From: Candidatus Aenigmatarchaeota archaeon
Lineage (GTDB): Archaea; Aenigmatarchaeota; Aenigmatarchaeia; Aenigmatarchaeales; JACQIB01
DNA length: 36,138 nt
Direction: 5' to 3'
Assembly: GCA_038999215.1 (NCBI GenBank)
Contig: JAWABM010000006.1
Span: 1-36,138, forward strand
How positions within the stretch are numbered: the first letter of the stretch is position 1; every line of letters begins with the position of its first letter. Below, piece by piece: positions 34,590-36,138 of the stretch. The position numbers and the translations under genes were made by a program. A model generated the notes under the pieces. It was not told where the DNA came from. It did not search any database and saw only the letters and a list, made by a program, of their open reading frames with translations.

Positions 34590-35743
34590 CCGATCAACCT
34601 CAGGTAAAGTATGGCGAAGAGCAGCATGAACGGCACGTTCATTCCTATCTCTATTGCCGCTATGGCGTTTGCCATGCCCAATGCATAAAGTGGATAGTCC
34701 TTCTCATAAAGCTTGCCCAGCACCGCAGCCATGAAGAACGCCAGAAGGAACACGCCCGGCAGGCCGAAATTGAGCATAATTTCTCCGAAAGCGGTGGAGG
34801 TTATCCTTGACGTGCAGCCGTAGAGCAGCCCGCATATCGCCATGTCTCCTCCGCCCGCGGTAAAGTATGTCGAGCCGAACGCATAACCCAGGGGGAAGGA
34901 TTTCTTCACAATGTCATCGAACACGTGCAAGGTGAAGCCGGCCCTGTATTCCGCGACCTCCAAAGGCCCGCCTATCTCGTTGCCCTTCGCCGTTTCGAGC
35001 GAGCTTCCGACAAGAAGGAAGAATCCTACGAATGCAACGGCGATGAGCGATAGCAGCAGCATCTGCCTCGGCTTCGGCGCTGAAGACTTCATCTCCAGCA
35101 GGACCGCTGTGATAAGGACCAATGTCGGATAGAGCCTGAAGCTGGAAAGCGCTGCCAATGCCAATAGGGCTGCGGCAAGCAGCCAGAACATCCTCCTGTC
35201 CGCTCGGGCATGCAGGCGGACCAGCGAATACAGCGCAAGATAGAACCCCGCAATAAAGACTGGATTGGTGAAGTCGGCAAACCCCAAAAACCCCCTTGAC
35301 GAGGCCACATGCAGCTGAACGTTAAGCAAAGGCACACCGAAGGCAGCCATGTTCAAAATCAGAAGGGCTACGCCTGCCAGGAAAAGTTTCAGGAAGTCCC
35401 CATTGAAGTTCACAACGAAATAGGCTATCGCCGCTCCGGCAAGGCTGAAGGCTAAAGAGGCATACAGCGGCATGGAATAATATGAGCTGAAATGGGCCAC
35501 ACCGGCAATGAAGATGACAAGAGCCGGCAGCTGCCTAAGCCTGAATATTCCCCCGCCATACCGCAGGCCGAGCATGAATGAGCAGGCGGCAAAGAGCCAT
35601 ACGAAAAGCGAGAGCGGCGAGAACGAAAGGTTAGGATTGACTGCCGAGAAGTACGGATTGAATATTGTCGCAAGTCCTGCCACAAGGAACAGCATTGACA
35701 GCGAAATGAAGAGCTCCGGCCTAATGCTCGCGAACTTCATCAT
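34562..35743 (-). CDS. oligosaccharide repeat-unit polymerase-like membrane protein
   Basis: Multi-TM protein with a FR motif, a late loop YRAGFT...ITST.FG...NFG, and a position between the GT4 and flippase genes. Confidence 0.7.
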   Translation of the reverse strand: MMKFASIRPELFISLSMLFLVAGLATIFNPYFSAVNPNLSFSPLSLFVWLFAACSFMLGLRYGGGIFRLRQLPALVIFIAGVAHFSSYYSMPLYASLAFSLAGAAIAYFVVNFNGDFLKLFLAGVALLILNMAAFGVPLLNVQLHVASSRGFLGFADFTNPVFIAGFYLALYSLVRLHARADRRMFWLLAAALLALAALSSFRLYPTLVLITAVLLEMKSSAPKPRQMLLLSLIAVAFVGFFLLVGSSLETAKGNEIGGPLEVAEYRAGFTLHVFDDIVKKSFPLGYAFGSTYFTAGGGDMAICGLLYGCTSRITSTAFGEIMLNFGLPGVFLLAFFMAAVLGKLYEKDYPLYALGMANAIAAIEIGMNVPFMLLFAILYLRLIGWIPSRRPD

Positions 35744-36138
35744 ACACCTTTTCAATGCCATCAATCATCCTCTCGATACCGAATCGTTTCGCTATGTCCG
35801 CGTTCTTTCTTACCATGATGTCCCTGAAATCTTGGTTTTCCAAAACATCCCTTATCCTTGCCGCGATGTCCTCGGCAAGCGATTCCTTGGCCAGCATCTC
35901 CTTCAGCGCTCCGGCAGGCTTTGCGACGACCGGTGTGCCCAGGGCCATGCCTTCAAGCGCCGTTAGCCCGAAGCCCTCGAACTTCGACGGAACAACCAGC
36001 ACATCGGCAGAACGAATATATTCAAGGGCTGTGCCGTGCTCTCTCATGCCCTCAAACCTCACGTTCGCAATGCCGTTCCTTTTCGCATACATCCTCAACT
36101 CCTCCTCCATGCTCCCGCTCCCTACAAAGACGAAGAGG
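35721..36138 (-). CDS. GT4-family glycosyltransferase, C-terminal part (runs off the window)
   Basis: ADVLVVPS..EGFGL..LEGMALG.PVV (EX7E motif). Confidence 0.92.
   Translation of the reverse strand, partial: LFVFVGSGSMEEELRMYAKRNGIANVRFEGMREHGTALEYIRSADVLVVPSKFEGFGLTALEGMALGTPVVAKPAGALKEMLAKESLAEDIAARIRDVLENQDFRDIMVRKNADIAKRFGIERMIDGIEKVYDEVREH

Noticed and set aside
1..36138. CRISPR arrays, IS elements, integrases
   Set aside because: No periodic repeats, transposase or recombinase motifs were seen. The tRNA-Arg 3' end was not seen duplicated.

Overview
Gene-dense archaeal DNA, most consistent with a DPANN-type lineage. This is an inference from the unlinked 23S rRNA, the form III RuBisCO/AMP-salvage operon and the compact genes. 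Protein genes cover RNA/translation functions (trm1, truD, pth2, EF-1beta, Sec61beta), DNA repair (nfo, fen), ether-lipid synthesis (polyprenyl synthase, type 1 IDI, CarS, a CDP-alcohol phosphotransferase, tetraether synthase Tes), the R15P isomerase-RuBisCO-AMP phosphorylase-apgM operon and the end of a surface-glycan cluster. RNA genes are RNase P RNA, tRNA-Arg(GCG) and a stand-alone 23S rRNA on the minus strand. The main result is in the 23S transcript. It has a canonical bulge-helix-bulge (BHB) processing stem and two ORF-less BHB introns (396 and 126 nt). The large intron and the 5' leader appear to be built from K-turn box C/D guide modules with compensatorily mutated boxes, plus one H/ACA-like hairpin. 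Their guide segments are complementary to the same 23S rRNA, near the E. coli-equivalent positions 1920, 2251, 2424 and 2504. The hypothesis is an rRNA precursor that carries its own modification guides. All RNA structures were paired by eye, and E. coli numbering comes from manual alignment to remembered consensus.
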